A stretch of DNA of 62,644 nt, filler included, from Piedraia hortae CBS 480.64 (taxonomy: Eukaryota), in the NCBI GenBank assembly GCA_010093745.1. It is 5 parts of 5 records of this genome, joined end to end, with 100 filler letters (N's around TTAATTAATTAA, not from the genome) between each part and the next. Parts side by side here need not be neighbours in the genome. Positions count along the whole stretch, not along the records: positions 31,307 to 44,325 come from MU006071.1; 4 more parts are not named here. The stretch is one strand, 5' to 3'. How positions within the stretch are numbered: position 1 is the first letter of the stretch; every line of letters starts with the position of its first letter. A model generated the notes under the pieces. The model did not search any database and was not told the origin of the DNA. It saw nothing but the letters and a program-made list of their open reading frames with translations. The translations under genes and the position numbers were made by a program. Below, piece by piece: positions 32,500-40,541 of the stretch.

Positions 32500-33177
32500 A
32501 TGTGCAATAGATACCGGATTTCCGCGAAGCAGGCCGCTGTCATGCGGGCGTGCGGCCTAGAGCCGCCCTTTGCGCCGGATGAGGTATTCCCTCCGACGCG
32601 GGAGATCTTCCCGACCGGCAAAAAGACGGCGCGGATGGGACCGGTCGTGCGCCGGAGCTCTGCCGGCAATCGCCCGCTGGAGATGGTCCTTATGGAGTGG
32701 GGTTTCCCCACCCAGGTGCCCAGCAAGCGCAACCCTGAGGTCAAGCTCGACAAGTACGTGACGAATGCGAGGAACCTTCGCTCGCCACTGTGGGGTGGCT
32801 CGTTAAAGATACCCGCCCGGAGGTGTATCGTCCCGTTCACCTGGTTCGCGGAGCCGCACCCGGAGGGGGGAAAGGGCGACGATGGCAAGCCGCGTCAGAT
32901 GTGGTTTGCCCTCCAGGATCAGCCGATCGGCTTCTTCGCGGGCCTGTGGAGGCCGACCGAGAGAGGCGAGGCCTACGCCTTCGTCACTACCAGCCCGAAC
33001 GACTTCGTTCGGCCGTGGCACGAGAAGGCGATGCCTGCGATCCTGCAGCCGACGGCGTTCACGACATGGCTCGACGGCTCGCTGGACGAGGCGACGGAGC
33101 TGATCCGGCCCTATGCCGGCGCCATGGTCCGACAGGAGGAGACCCCGCCCGACAATCTCATTGAGATCGACGCCTGA
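32500..33177 (+). CDS. SOS response-associated peptidase (SRAP; YedK/HMCES family abasic-site protector)
   Basis: MCNRY start (catalytic Cys2), WGF, TNAR, RRCIVP..F.E, FAGLW, HEKAMPAIL. Confidence 0.92.
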   Translation: MCNRYRISAKQAAVMRACGLEPPFAPDEVFPPTREIFPTGKKTARMGPVVRRSSAGNRPLEMVLMEWGFPTQVPSKRNPEVKLDKYVTNARNLRSPLWGGSLKIPARRCIVPFTWFAEPHPEGGKGDDGKPRQMWFALQDQPIGFFAGLWRPTERGEAYAFVTTSPNDFVRPWHEKAMPAILQPTAFTTWLDGSLDEATELIRPYAGAMVRQEETPPDNLIEIDA

Positions 33178-33184
33178 GCCGCGA

Positions 33185-34180
33185 TCAGCGGGCCACGGCC
33201 GCCGCGACGTCGACGAGGGCGCGTTCCGCGACGACCTGGTTCCGGCCCTGCGCCTTTGCTCGATAGAGCAGCTCATCCGCTGCGGAGATCCAGTCCTCGG
33301 GCAAACGGCCACGACGCGCCGCGACACCGGCCGAGAACGTCACGGATCCAAGCGGCTTGTCGTTCTCGCGAAGGCGGAGCCGCTTGCCAGCGAGGACGCT
33401 CCGTGCCTGATCGACCTTCGCCTGTGCCGCAACCAGGTCGCTACGCTCGAAGAGGACGACGAACTCTTCTCCGCCCCAACGCCCGACGACGTGCGGCGCG
33501 CAGGCGTCCGCCAGCGCGCTTGCGACCGCCTTCAGGACACGATCGCCCACACCGTGGCCATGGGTGTCGTTCACCGTCTTGAAGTGATCGACATCGACCA
33601 TCGCGACACAACCGTCCGTCGCAGCGGCGAGATAGTCCTCGAGGGCGGCGCGATTGAGCAGTCCCGTGAGACGGTCCTTGTTCGCATCGCTCCGCAGCGC
33701 GTTGAGCTCCTGGCGGAGCCGCTGCGCCTGCTGCGTCGCCTCGCCAAGGCGCTTCTCGGCCGAGGCGGTGCGCTCGATCATAGCGCCGACAACCACGCGG
33801 ACGTTCGCCGCATCGTCGGCCAGCAAGGCCGCAGATGCCTTGACGAGATCCCGATTGAGACCGCCCGTCGCATCAAGTGTGTCCCGGATAATGTCGAGGA
33901 CCCGAACGGTGACCTGATCGAGCTGGGGCGCGACGTCGTTCTCAGGTTCCGGCGTGACGGCAGCCCCGAGCTTCTCGACTTCGGCGGGGCTGATCCTGAC
34001 CCCGCCGTCGATGATCGCTTGGACACCAGCTTCAAGCGCGCGATCGTTCCCGAAGAGGTAGCGGTGCGCGGATGCGTAGTGGTCTGGCGTATGGTCGAGC
34101 CGGTGATCGTCAAGAAAGCGCAGGATCTCGGCGCTCGGCTGCCGGCGCTTGGGCGTGCTGCTGGGGTCCGACATCGACAC
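33185..34180 (-). CDS. Diguanylate cyclase (GGDEF domain), cytoplasmic with coiled coil
   Basis: DRLTGLLNR, DVDHFKTVNDTHGHGVGD, RWGGEEF, TFSAG, ADELLYRAKAQGRNQV. Confidence 0.93.
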   Translation of the reverse strand: MSMSDPSSTPKRRQPSAEILRFLDDHRLDHTPDHYASAHRYLFGNDRALEAGVQAIIDGGVRISPAEVEKLGAAVTPEPENDVAPQLDQVTVRVLDIIRDTLDATGGLNRDLVKASAALLADDAANVRVVVGAMIERTASAEKRLGEATQQAQRLRQELNALRSDANKDRLTGLLNRAALEDYLAAATDGCVAMVDVDHFKTVNDTHGHGVGDRVLKAVASALADACAPHVVGRWGGEEFVVLFERSDLVAAQAKVDQARSVLAGKRLRLRENDKPLGSVTFSAGVAARRGRLPEDWISAADELLYRAKAQGRNQVVAERALVDVAAAVAR

Positions 34181-34186
34181 GCTCGC

Positions 34187-34399
34187 TCAGTACCGCTCAA
34201 GCCGTTCGAGAAGCGCGGCGCACTCCGGCGTGGCAAATGCGGCCTCGACCTCTTCGATCGTCGTCGGGATTGGGGCGTCGGTCATCACATCGATCGCCTG
34301 CTGGAGAAAGCAGGCTGACGTCGACGCACCGACGCTATCGAGGAGGGCCAGCGCCTCGCGGGCGAGCGCGGTTGCAGCGAGGATCGTCTCGTTGTCCAT
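34187..34399 (-). CDS. Small helical hypothetical protein (70 aa)
   Basis: Strong GGAGG RBS upstream; 6 nt from the GGDEF start. Confidence 0.75.
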   Translation of the reverse strand: MDNETILAATALAREALALLDSVGASTSACFLQQAIDVMTDAPIPTTIEEVEAAFATPECAALLERLERY

Positions 34400-34494
34400 A
34401 TGCAGGCCTCCATGACGGGCTTATCGCATCTGCGTTAACCTTGGCCTAAAGACACGCAACGGGAACTGCGTCGAAAACGAACAGGAGTTGCCGC

Positions 34495-36201
34495 TCAGCG
34501 CCGCGCACCTGCCCCCAGCAGCATCGCCGTATAGTCCACTTCGGAGCCGATCTTCTCTCGATCGCAGAAGTCGCAGCAATGCGCCGTCCTCTTCACCCGT
34601 GATCGGGTGGAGAACAGCCATTCGAGGATCCGCACCGCGAGCGATCGGCGCTGGCGCTGCTTGCCCCCGAAATAGTCGACCATTTGCCGGCGATAGCAGC
34701 TCTCCTCGCGCATCATCGCGGACACCTGGTCGATCTTCCGCATGCGGCTCTCGCGCGCAGCCGGATCGGGTTGCTCCTGGTCCTTGCCGGCGAGGTCCGC
34801 CATGAACCGGAGCCGCTTCACGTCGCGGCCGTCGGACGCATTGTCGTGCATGACGATCGAGACCGCCTGCAGGCCATCGCGTCCGGCGCGGCCGAGCTCC
34901 TGCATCAGGTCCTCGACCGATGCGGGAGCCTGCCAGTGGATGACGAGCCTGAGGCTCGGAACATCGATCCCCATGCCGAACGCCGACGTCGAGATGATGC
35001 GATCGATCGCCGGCTCGCTCTGGTTGGTGAAGCGCTTGACCAGCTGCTCGCGCTCGAATGGTCGGCCGAGCCGCGAATGGTAGAGCGGGACGTTCATGCC
35101 CAGGCTACGAAGCGCGGCCTGCAGATCCTCTCCAACCCGGGCGGAGGGCACGAACACCATCGCCTTGCCGCCTTCGGGCAACGGCAACGCGAGGAGCTGC
35201 GCGATCTTCGCTGCCCTGCTGTCCTCAGCGACGGCCCAGCGCAGGAGCGTGATGTTGGGCCGGTCGACCCCGCTGACGAACACTTCTGCGTCTTCAGCGC
35301 CGAGCGAGGCGAGGATCCGCGCTTGCATCTCCTGCCCGGCCGTCGCCGTGAAGGCGAGAACGGGCGGGTTGCCGAGCTGACGCCGGATATCGCCCAACCG
35401 GCTATACTCCGGCCGGAAGTCCGCTCCCCACTGGTCGACGCAATGAGCTTCGTCCACCACTAGGAAGGCAGGACGAAGCTCGGCAAGACGCGCGCGCTCC
35501 GCTTCGCTCCGAACGAAAAACCGTTCGGGCGCGAGGTGCAGCAGCTTGATCGCACCGCGGCGAAGCAGGCTGTAGCGGAGCTTCTTCTCCTCCATAGAGA
35601 GGTCGCTGTTGACGAAGCTGGCGGGGACCTTCTTGCGGAGCAACGACGCCACCTGCTCACTCATGAGAGCCTTGAGGGGTGAGACCACCACGGTCGGTCC
35701 AGCCCGGAGGATCGCCGGCAGCTGGAAGCAGAGCGTCTTGCCCGATCCCGTTGGACGAACGACCAGGACCGACTTGCCCTGCAGGGCGGCCTGCACGACC
35801 GCCAGCTGGCCCTCCCGGAACCGCTCAACGCCTAGTAGGCGGAGCCCCGGGCCGAGATACTCGGTTGCCTGATCGAGCTCGTGTGCGCCGCCGAAGAGAC
35901 GCGCCAAGCGGACAGCCCAGCGCTCGATCACGCGCCGCGCCAGACCGCCTGCAAGCATCGGGTGATGAGCCGCGTGGCAGCCGTCGCAGAGCGTCACGAG
36001 GTTCGCGAGCTCGTCCGTCCCGCCCATTGACCGCGGCAACAGGTGGTGAACATCGGCGTCGCGGCCGACTTCGCAGCCGCAGCTGGTGCAGCGATAACAG
36101 TCGCGCGCATGGACGACGCGGCGCGTCTCGGCCCAGATCGACGCGGCGGGCGCGTCTCCGACCGGACGGGCCGGCGACAACGGGGGCGAGATCACGTTCA
36201 C
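34495..36201 (-). CDS. HNH endonuclease fused to a RecQ-family helicase
   Basis: N-terminal RD.YRCTSC...VHHLLPRSMGGTDELANLVTLCDGCHAAHH; RecQ motifs FREGQ, PTGSGKT, DEAHCVDQWGADFRPEY, TATA, AFGMGID, QELGRAGRDG; Zn site CYRR...CCDFC. Confidence 0.92.
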   Translation of the reverse strand: MNVISPPLSPARPVGDAPAASIWAETRRVVHARDCYRCTSCGCEVGRDADVHHLLPRSMGGTDELANLVTLCDGCHAAHHPMLAGGLARRVIERWAVRLARLFGGAHELDQATEYLGPGLRLLGVERFREGQLAVVQAALQGKSVLVVRPTGSGKTLCFQLPAILRAGPTVVVSPLKALMSEQVASLLRKKVPASFVNSDLSMEEKKLRYSLLRRGAIKLLHLAPERFFVRSEAERARLAELRPAFLVVDEAHCVDQWGADFRPEYSRLGDIRRQLGNPPVLAFTATAGQEMQARILASLGAEDAEVFVSGVDRPNITLLRWAVAEDSRAAKIAQLLALPLPEGGKAMVFVPSARVGEDLQAALRSLGMNVPLYHSRLGRPFEREQLVKRFTNQSEPAIDRIISTSAFGMGIDVPSLRLVIHWQAPASVEDLMQELGRAGRDGLQAVSIVMHDNASDGRDVKRLRFMADLAGKDQEQPDPAARESRMRKIDQVSAMMREESCYRRQMVDYFGGKQRQRRSLAVRILEWLFSTRSRVKRTAHCCDFCDREKIGSEVDYTAMLLGAGARR

Positions 36202-36207
36202 GCGGGT

Positions 36208-36663
36208 TCAGCCCTCCCGGCGCCTTTCGTTCTCGACGCGGATGTCCTCCCGGGTCGGCGCTGCCTTCAGCTTGACCAAGCGCGACGTGATGCCACCCTC
36301 GTTACGGTCGAAGCGGGTCATCAGCTCGGAGAGCGTGGCCCCGTTCGACCAGCGCTGCAGCAGGTCCGCGTCGTCGCCCTCGGTCCAGCGGACGCCGGTG
36401 TTGATCCCCTTCTCCTGGGTGGACTGTTTCCTCGCGACCGGCTTTGTGACCTGCTTGGGCGTCTTCACGACCATCCCGATCGCGTTGGCGAGACCCGCCC
36501 ACTCCCGGTTCGTTAGATCGATCAGCTGCCCGTCCGGCAGGCAGAGCCGCGCCGCGTCGCTGCCAACCTGCAGCTCGAACCTTGAGCCGTCGACGGACCA
36601 CGTGAGAGTGTGGCTGTCGTTCGAAGCGCTGCCATCGGGGCTATGCGCCTGCTCCACAGCCAT
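36208..36663 (-). CDS. Hypothetical protein with C-terminal HTH/Myb-like domain
   Basis: NTGVRWTEGDDADLLQRWSNGATLSELMTRFDRNEGGITSRLVKL; TAATG overlap with the upstream gene. Confidence 0.75.
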   Translation of the reverse strand: MAVEQAHSPDGSASNDSHTLTWSVDGSRFELQVGSDAARLCLPDGQLIDLTNREWAGLANAIGMVVKTPKQVTKPVARKQSTQEKGINTGVRWTEGDDADLLQRWSNGATLSELMTRFDRNEGGITSRLVKLKAAPTREDIRVENERRREG

Positions 36664-37049
36664 TAGAACCGCCGACCGGCGGTAAAGTCGACAGCCGGCC
36701 CCATGGCACACTGATAGCTCGTGGTGCGATTGATGGAGCGATCGGGGATGAGGGTCTCGTCCGTCAGCACGAGCGTCGTGCGATCAAGCGAGACGGTCCG
36801 CAGCACCGGACCCATCGAGGTCCGCATCAGGTCCGGGTTCGGGGCGTCGATCACGATCGTGCCGTCGGTCACGCGCGCGAGCCGCTTTTTACCCTCGCCC
36901 TGGTCGTACCGGCCGCGCTTCAGATCCACGTTGAGCCGCTTGGTCTCGCCGTTTTTCGCGGTGCAGGTGAAGCCCGTGACACCGGATCTCCCCTTCGCCA
37001 AAGCGGGCTGCGACACCACCGCCAACGCGATCAGGAACGCTACCTTCAC
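36663..37049 (-). CDS. Secreted or periplasmic hypothetical protein
   Basis: Signal peptide MKVAFLIALAVVSQPALA; two Cys; GGAG RBS. Confidence 0.75.
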   Translation of the reverse strand: MKVAFLIALAVVSQPALAKGRSGVTGFTCTAKNGETKRLNVDLKRGRYDQGEGKKRLARVTDGTIVIDAPNPDLMRTSMGPVLRTVSLDRTTLVLTDETLIPDRSINRTTSYQCAMGPAVDFTAGRRF

Positions 37050-37101
37050 CCCGCCGTCTCCCCGTTTCCGAGCCTAGCGTAGCACTATCCAGTGCTGCTC
37101 G

Positions 37102-37575
37102 TCAGGCTTTCCCACCATTGCGAACGGACTTCGCCGGGGCGCAGACCGGCTCGTCCATCGAGAGGCGGGGACCGGTGACGGTCTGAGGGCAGGGGTATGC
37201 ACGCTTGCGCGCGTCGCTGGCATCGGCGTAGCACACCTTCTGAGGTGGAGATCCCCTGTCACGTCGCTCGCTCTCGCATCGCCAGACTAGACCGGGCTCC
37301 CTCTCGCCCGGGATTGCCTCATCCGGGTAGACCTGCCCCGGCCAGTATTCCCGACGGCACTCACGCAAATCGCGTTGCTGAACACCGCACTCAATGTACT
37401 TGTCCCACGGCTTGACGAAGATTGTCTGCGGCACCGCCTGTTGAGCCGCCTGCCTTGCTCGCGACTGGGCTTCCGCAACAGGTGCCTCAGAGCGCCGACT
37501 TTCTACGGCTCCATACACACCCGCCACGACCAGCATCGCTGCAACCGGTAGGGCGGCCAGCGGCGCGTGCTTCAC
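37102..37575 (-). CDS. Membrane-anchored Cys-containing hypothetical protein
   Basis: N-terminal hydrophobic segment; six Cys; GGAGG RBS before GTG. Confidence 0.65.
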   Translation of the reverse strand: MKHAPLAALPVAAMLVVAGVYGAVESRRSEAPVAEAQSRARQAAQQAVPQTIFVKPWDKYIECGVQQRDLRECRREYWPGQVYPDEAIPGEREPGLVWRCESERRDRGSPPQKVCYADASDARKRAYPCPQTVTGPRLSMDEPVCAPAKSVRNGGKA

Positions 37576-37650
37576 GGCGCCTCCGAAGCATCGTCAGTGA
37601 CGAGAGCCTCCTCCTCACCATCGACCTGCTCCACCTCGCTGGCGCGAGCG
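37572..37650 (-). pseudogene. Orphan 3' end of a gene whose 5' part is missing
   Basis: Frame reads ..ARASEVEQVDGEEEALVTDDASEAP* with its TGA overlapping the next GTG (GTGA coupling). Confidence 0.5.
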
Positions 37651-37963
37651 ATGCGGCGGCGGCCGCCGCGTCGTCGTGACGCACGGCGGCACGCGGTGCG
37701 GGAAAGGCCGGCAGCAGCCGCAGCGCCTGTCGGTCATCGCCGAAAGCGCGCACCAGCGCAGGCCAGGCGCTCGGCGGCGCGGCGTCAAAGGCACGGACGA
37801 TCGCTGCCACGCGATCCGCCGGTGGCAAGATGTACATGCGCGTGCTCGCTCCCGGCACGCCGCACAGGAACACGTGCAACGTGGCGAGCAGCAGCAATGC
37901 ATGGATCGCGACGATCAACCCGATGCGGACGCGCAGACTGATCGGCGGCAGTCGCCTCAACAC
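37650..37963 (-). pseudogene. Truncated sensor histidine kinase (N-terminal TM and part of the periplasmic region only)
   Basis: Overlaps the response-regulator stop; SLRVRIGLIVAIHALLLLATLHVF is a typical EnvZ-like TM1; no HAMP, HisKA or HATPase follows. Confidence 0.7.
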
Positions 37964-38709
37964 CGAACGACCGGAGGAGAGAACAGGTAACCGTCGCCGC
38001 GTACCGTGCGGATCAGCGCCGGCTCGCGCGGATCGTCGCCCAGCTTGCGGCGCAGGCGGCCGACCTGCACGTCGATCACGCGGTCGATCGTCTCCGCCGC
38101 CCCGCCGCGCGTGCGGTCGATCAGGAACTCGCGCGACAGCACGCGTTGCGGATGGAGCACCATCGCATGCAGCAGATCGAATTCGCTGGTCGTCAGCGTG
38201 ACAGGCTTGCCGTCCGGGTCGCTGAGATCGCGGGCGCCGACCCGCAGCAGCCACCCGTTGAACCGGAAGCTGGCATTCACCGCATCGCCCGCGACGTCGC
38301 TCAGATCGCGCGTGCGCCGGATGATCGAGCGCAGCCGCGCCAGCAGTTCGCGTGAATTGAACGGCTTGGCGAGATAATCGTCGGCGCCCAGCTCCAGCCC
38401 GAGCACGCGATCCAGCGGATCGTCCTTGGCGGTGACGATCAGGATCGGCAGCCGCGGCCATTGCACGCGCAGCGCATGGCAGATCGACAGGCCGTCCTCG
38501 CCGGGAAGCATGAGGTCGAGGATCAGGCAGTCCAGCCGCTCGAACACGCCCGCCGCCATCAACCCGGCCGCTGCGTCGAAGGCGAGCACGTCGAAGCCCT
38601 CCCGTTCGAGCAGCTTCGCCAGCAGGTCGCGGATGCCGGGATCGTCCTCGACGATCGCGACCAGCCGGTTGCGACCGTTGCAGGAATTGGGGTCGTTCGG
38701 GCTCACCAT
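37957..38709 (-). CDS. OmpR-family response regulator
   Basis: IVEDD, LDLMLPGEDG, GLELGADDYLAKPF, LTTSEFDLL, IDVQVGRLRRKL, IRTVRGDGY. Confidence 0.95.
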   Translation of the reverse strand: MVSPNDPNSCNGRNRLVAIVEDDPGIRDLLAKLLEREGFDVLAFDAAAGLMAAGVFERLDCLILDLMLPGEDGLSICHALRVQWPRLPILIVTAKDDPLDRVLGLELGADDYLAKPFNSRELLARLRSIIRRTRDLSDVAGDAVNASFRFNGWLLRVGARDLSDPDGKPVTLTTSEFDLLHAMVLHPQRVLSREFLIDRTRGGAAETIDRVIDVQVGRLRRKLGDDPREPALIRTVRGDGYLFSPPVVRC

Positions 38710-38750
38710 GCGAAGACCCTAGAGGAAATCGGCTTGCTCGCCAGTCCGCC

Positions 38751-38793
38751 AAAAGCCCGCGCCGTCGCGGAGGAGGAACGCGACGGCGCGGGC
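38751..38793 (-). terminator. Rho-independent terminator after the EF-hand gene
   Basis: Perfect 15-bp stem GCCCGCGCCGTCGCG / CGCGACGGCGCGGGC, 9-nt loop, then TTTT on the minus strand. Confidence 0.8.
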
Positions 38794-38808
38794 ACGGGGG
38801 CGCCGAGG

Positions 38809-39078
38809 TTAGCGGCGCGCGCCGTACTTGTCGGCGATCGCCTTGAGCTCGGCCGGGGTGAGCTTTCCATCACGATCGGCGTCGATCATCTTGAACCCGC
38901 GTTCCTTGCGACCGGCGGCGGTCCATTCCTGCAGGCTCAGCGCGCCGTCCTTGTTCGTGTCGGTGGCGGCGAAGGCGGCGCGCGCCTTTTCGATCCGGGC
39001 CGCGGGATCGGTCTGCGCCATCGCCGACACGGCCGGCACCATGCCGATCATCACGACGGGAAGGATAAGTCGCTGCAT
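38809..39078 (-). CDS. Secreted EF-hand calcium-binding protein
   Basis: Signal peptide; two loops DTNKDGALSLQE and DADRDGKLTPAE; GGAG RBS. Confidence 0.88.
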   Translation of the reverse strand: MQRLILPVVMIGMVPAVSAMAQTDPAARIEKARAAFAATDTNKDGALSLQEWTAAGRKERGFKMIDADRDGKLTPAELKAIADKYGARR

Positions 39079-39203
39079 CACTGTTACTCCATGTGGTGCC
39101 AGTGTCTCGACTGACGCCTGCCGATTAGCCGAATGCGCCACATGGAATTGGGCGCGATTGTTCGCCCGCGTGACAGAATGTGACGATGGCGGCGGCTTCG
39201 CGT

Positions 39204-40541
39204 CTAGCGCGCGATCATGGTGTCGAGCCGCTCAAGGTCACCCCCGTCCAGCGTCGCGGTGGCGGCGGCGAGTTGCAGCTGCGCGAGCAAATAATCGTAG
39301 ATCTGCGCCGACAGTTCGCGCCGGGTGGCGAATAGCTGCGCCTGGGCGTTGAGCAGGTCGGTCTGCGTCCGCACGCCCACCGACAGGCCGGTCCGGGCGG
39401 CGCGCTCCTGCAATTCCGCCGACCGCAATGCCGTGCGCAGCGCGTCGGTGCGCGCCGCGCCGGTCGATACGGCATACCAGGCACGCTGCGCCTGCAGCCG
39501 CGCATCGCGCTGTGCCGCCGCCAGTTCCTGCTCCTTCTGCCCGGCCGTCGCCTCGGCCTCGCGCCGCTTGGAGGCGATGCCCCCGCCGGCGTACAGCGGA
39601 ATGGTCAGGCGAACGCCCGCGGTGGCGGCGTGAAGCGTATCCGGCAGCAGGCCGGCGTCGTTGGAACCGCCCAGCCGATACTGCCCCTGATAGCCGGCGA
39701 CTCCTTCCACCACCGGGCGGCCGCGGACCGAATAGCGATCGATGTCGGCCGCCGCGGCGCGCGCGCTGTGCCCGGCGATGGCGACGGCGGGCGCATCGCG
39801 CTCCGCCGCGGCCATGGCAGCGTCCAGCGTCACCGGTGGCACCCCGGCGGCGAAGTCCGGCCCGACATGCGCCAGGTTCAGCGCCGGCCGGCCGACGAGT
39901 TCGGCAAAGGTCGCGCGCGCGGCGGCGAGCTGCGCCTCGGCGACCAGCCGCTGTGCCTGCGCCGCATCGCGCTGCGCCTCCGCCTCGCGCACGTCGGTGA
40001 TCTTGGCCTTGCCGGCGTCGAACCGCGCCTGCGCGCCGCGCCGCTGCAGCTCATAGGCGTCGAACTGCGCCGCATAGCTGGCCACCGTCTCCTCGCCCTC
40101 GGCCACGTCGAAATAGGCTTGGGCGACGCGCAGGATCAGCCCCTGCGCCTCGCCGTCGAACTGCTCCTCGCCCGCCGCGGCGCGCGCGCGCAGCTTCGTC
40201 GCGTCGGCGCGGTTGCCCAGATCGTAGATCGGCATCGCCGCCTGCACGCTGGTCGTCGCGCGGCCGCCGGTCTGCGTGCCGCCGAACGACGGCGCGAGGT
40301 CCGGCGGCAGGTTGACGTCGACCTCGGTGCGCGTGACCGTCACGTCGCCCTGCGCCTGCACCTTGGGCAGCGACAAAGCGCGGGCCTGCGTCGCCGCCTC
40401 CCGGTCGGCACGGCGCTTCGCCTCGGCGGCGAGGATGTCGGGGTCGCGCCCCTGCGCCGCGCGCCACGCGTCGCCCAGGCTCATCGGCGGCCCGGGCACC
40501 TGCGCGGCAAGCGCCGCCGCCAGGAGGATCGCAGTGGTCAT
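39204..40541 (-). CDS. TolC-family outer membrane efflux protein
   Basis: LRVAQAYFDV, RFDAGKAKITDVREAEA, IPLYAGG, GVRTQTDLLNAQ; ATGA overlap with the RND gene. Confidence 0.92.
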   Translation of the reverse strand: MTTAILLAAALAAQVPGPPMSLGDAWRAAQGRDPDILAAEAKRRADREAATQARALSLPKVQAQGDVTVTRTEVDVNLPPDLAPSFGGTQTGGRATTSVQAAMPIYDLGNRADATKLRARAAAGEEQFDGEAQGLILRVAQAYFDVAEGEETVASYAAQFDAYELQRRGAQARFDAGKAKITDVREAEAQRDAAQAQRLVAEAQLAAARATFAELVGRPALNLAHVGPDFAAGVPPVTLDAAMAAAERDAPAVAIAGHSARAAAADIDRYSVRGRPVVEGVAGYQGQYRLGGSNDAGLLPDTLHAATAGVRLTIPLYAGGGIASKRREAEATAGQKEQELAAAQRDARLQAQRAWYAVSTGAARTDALRTALRSAELQERAARTGLSVGVRTQTDLLNAQAQLFATRRELSAQIYDYLLAQLQLAAATATLDGGDLERLDTMIAR

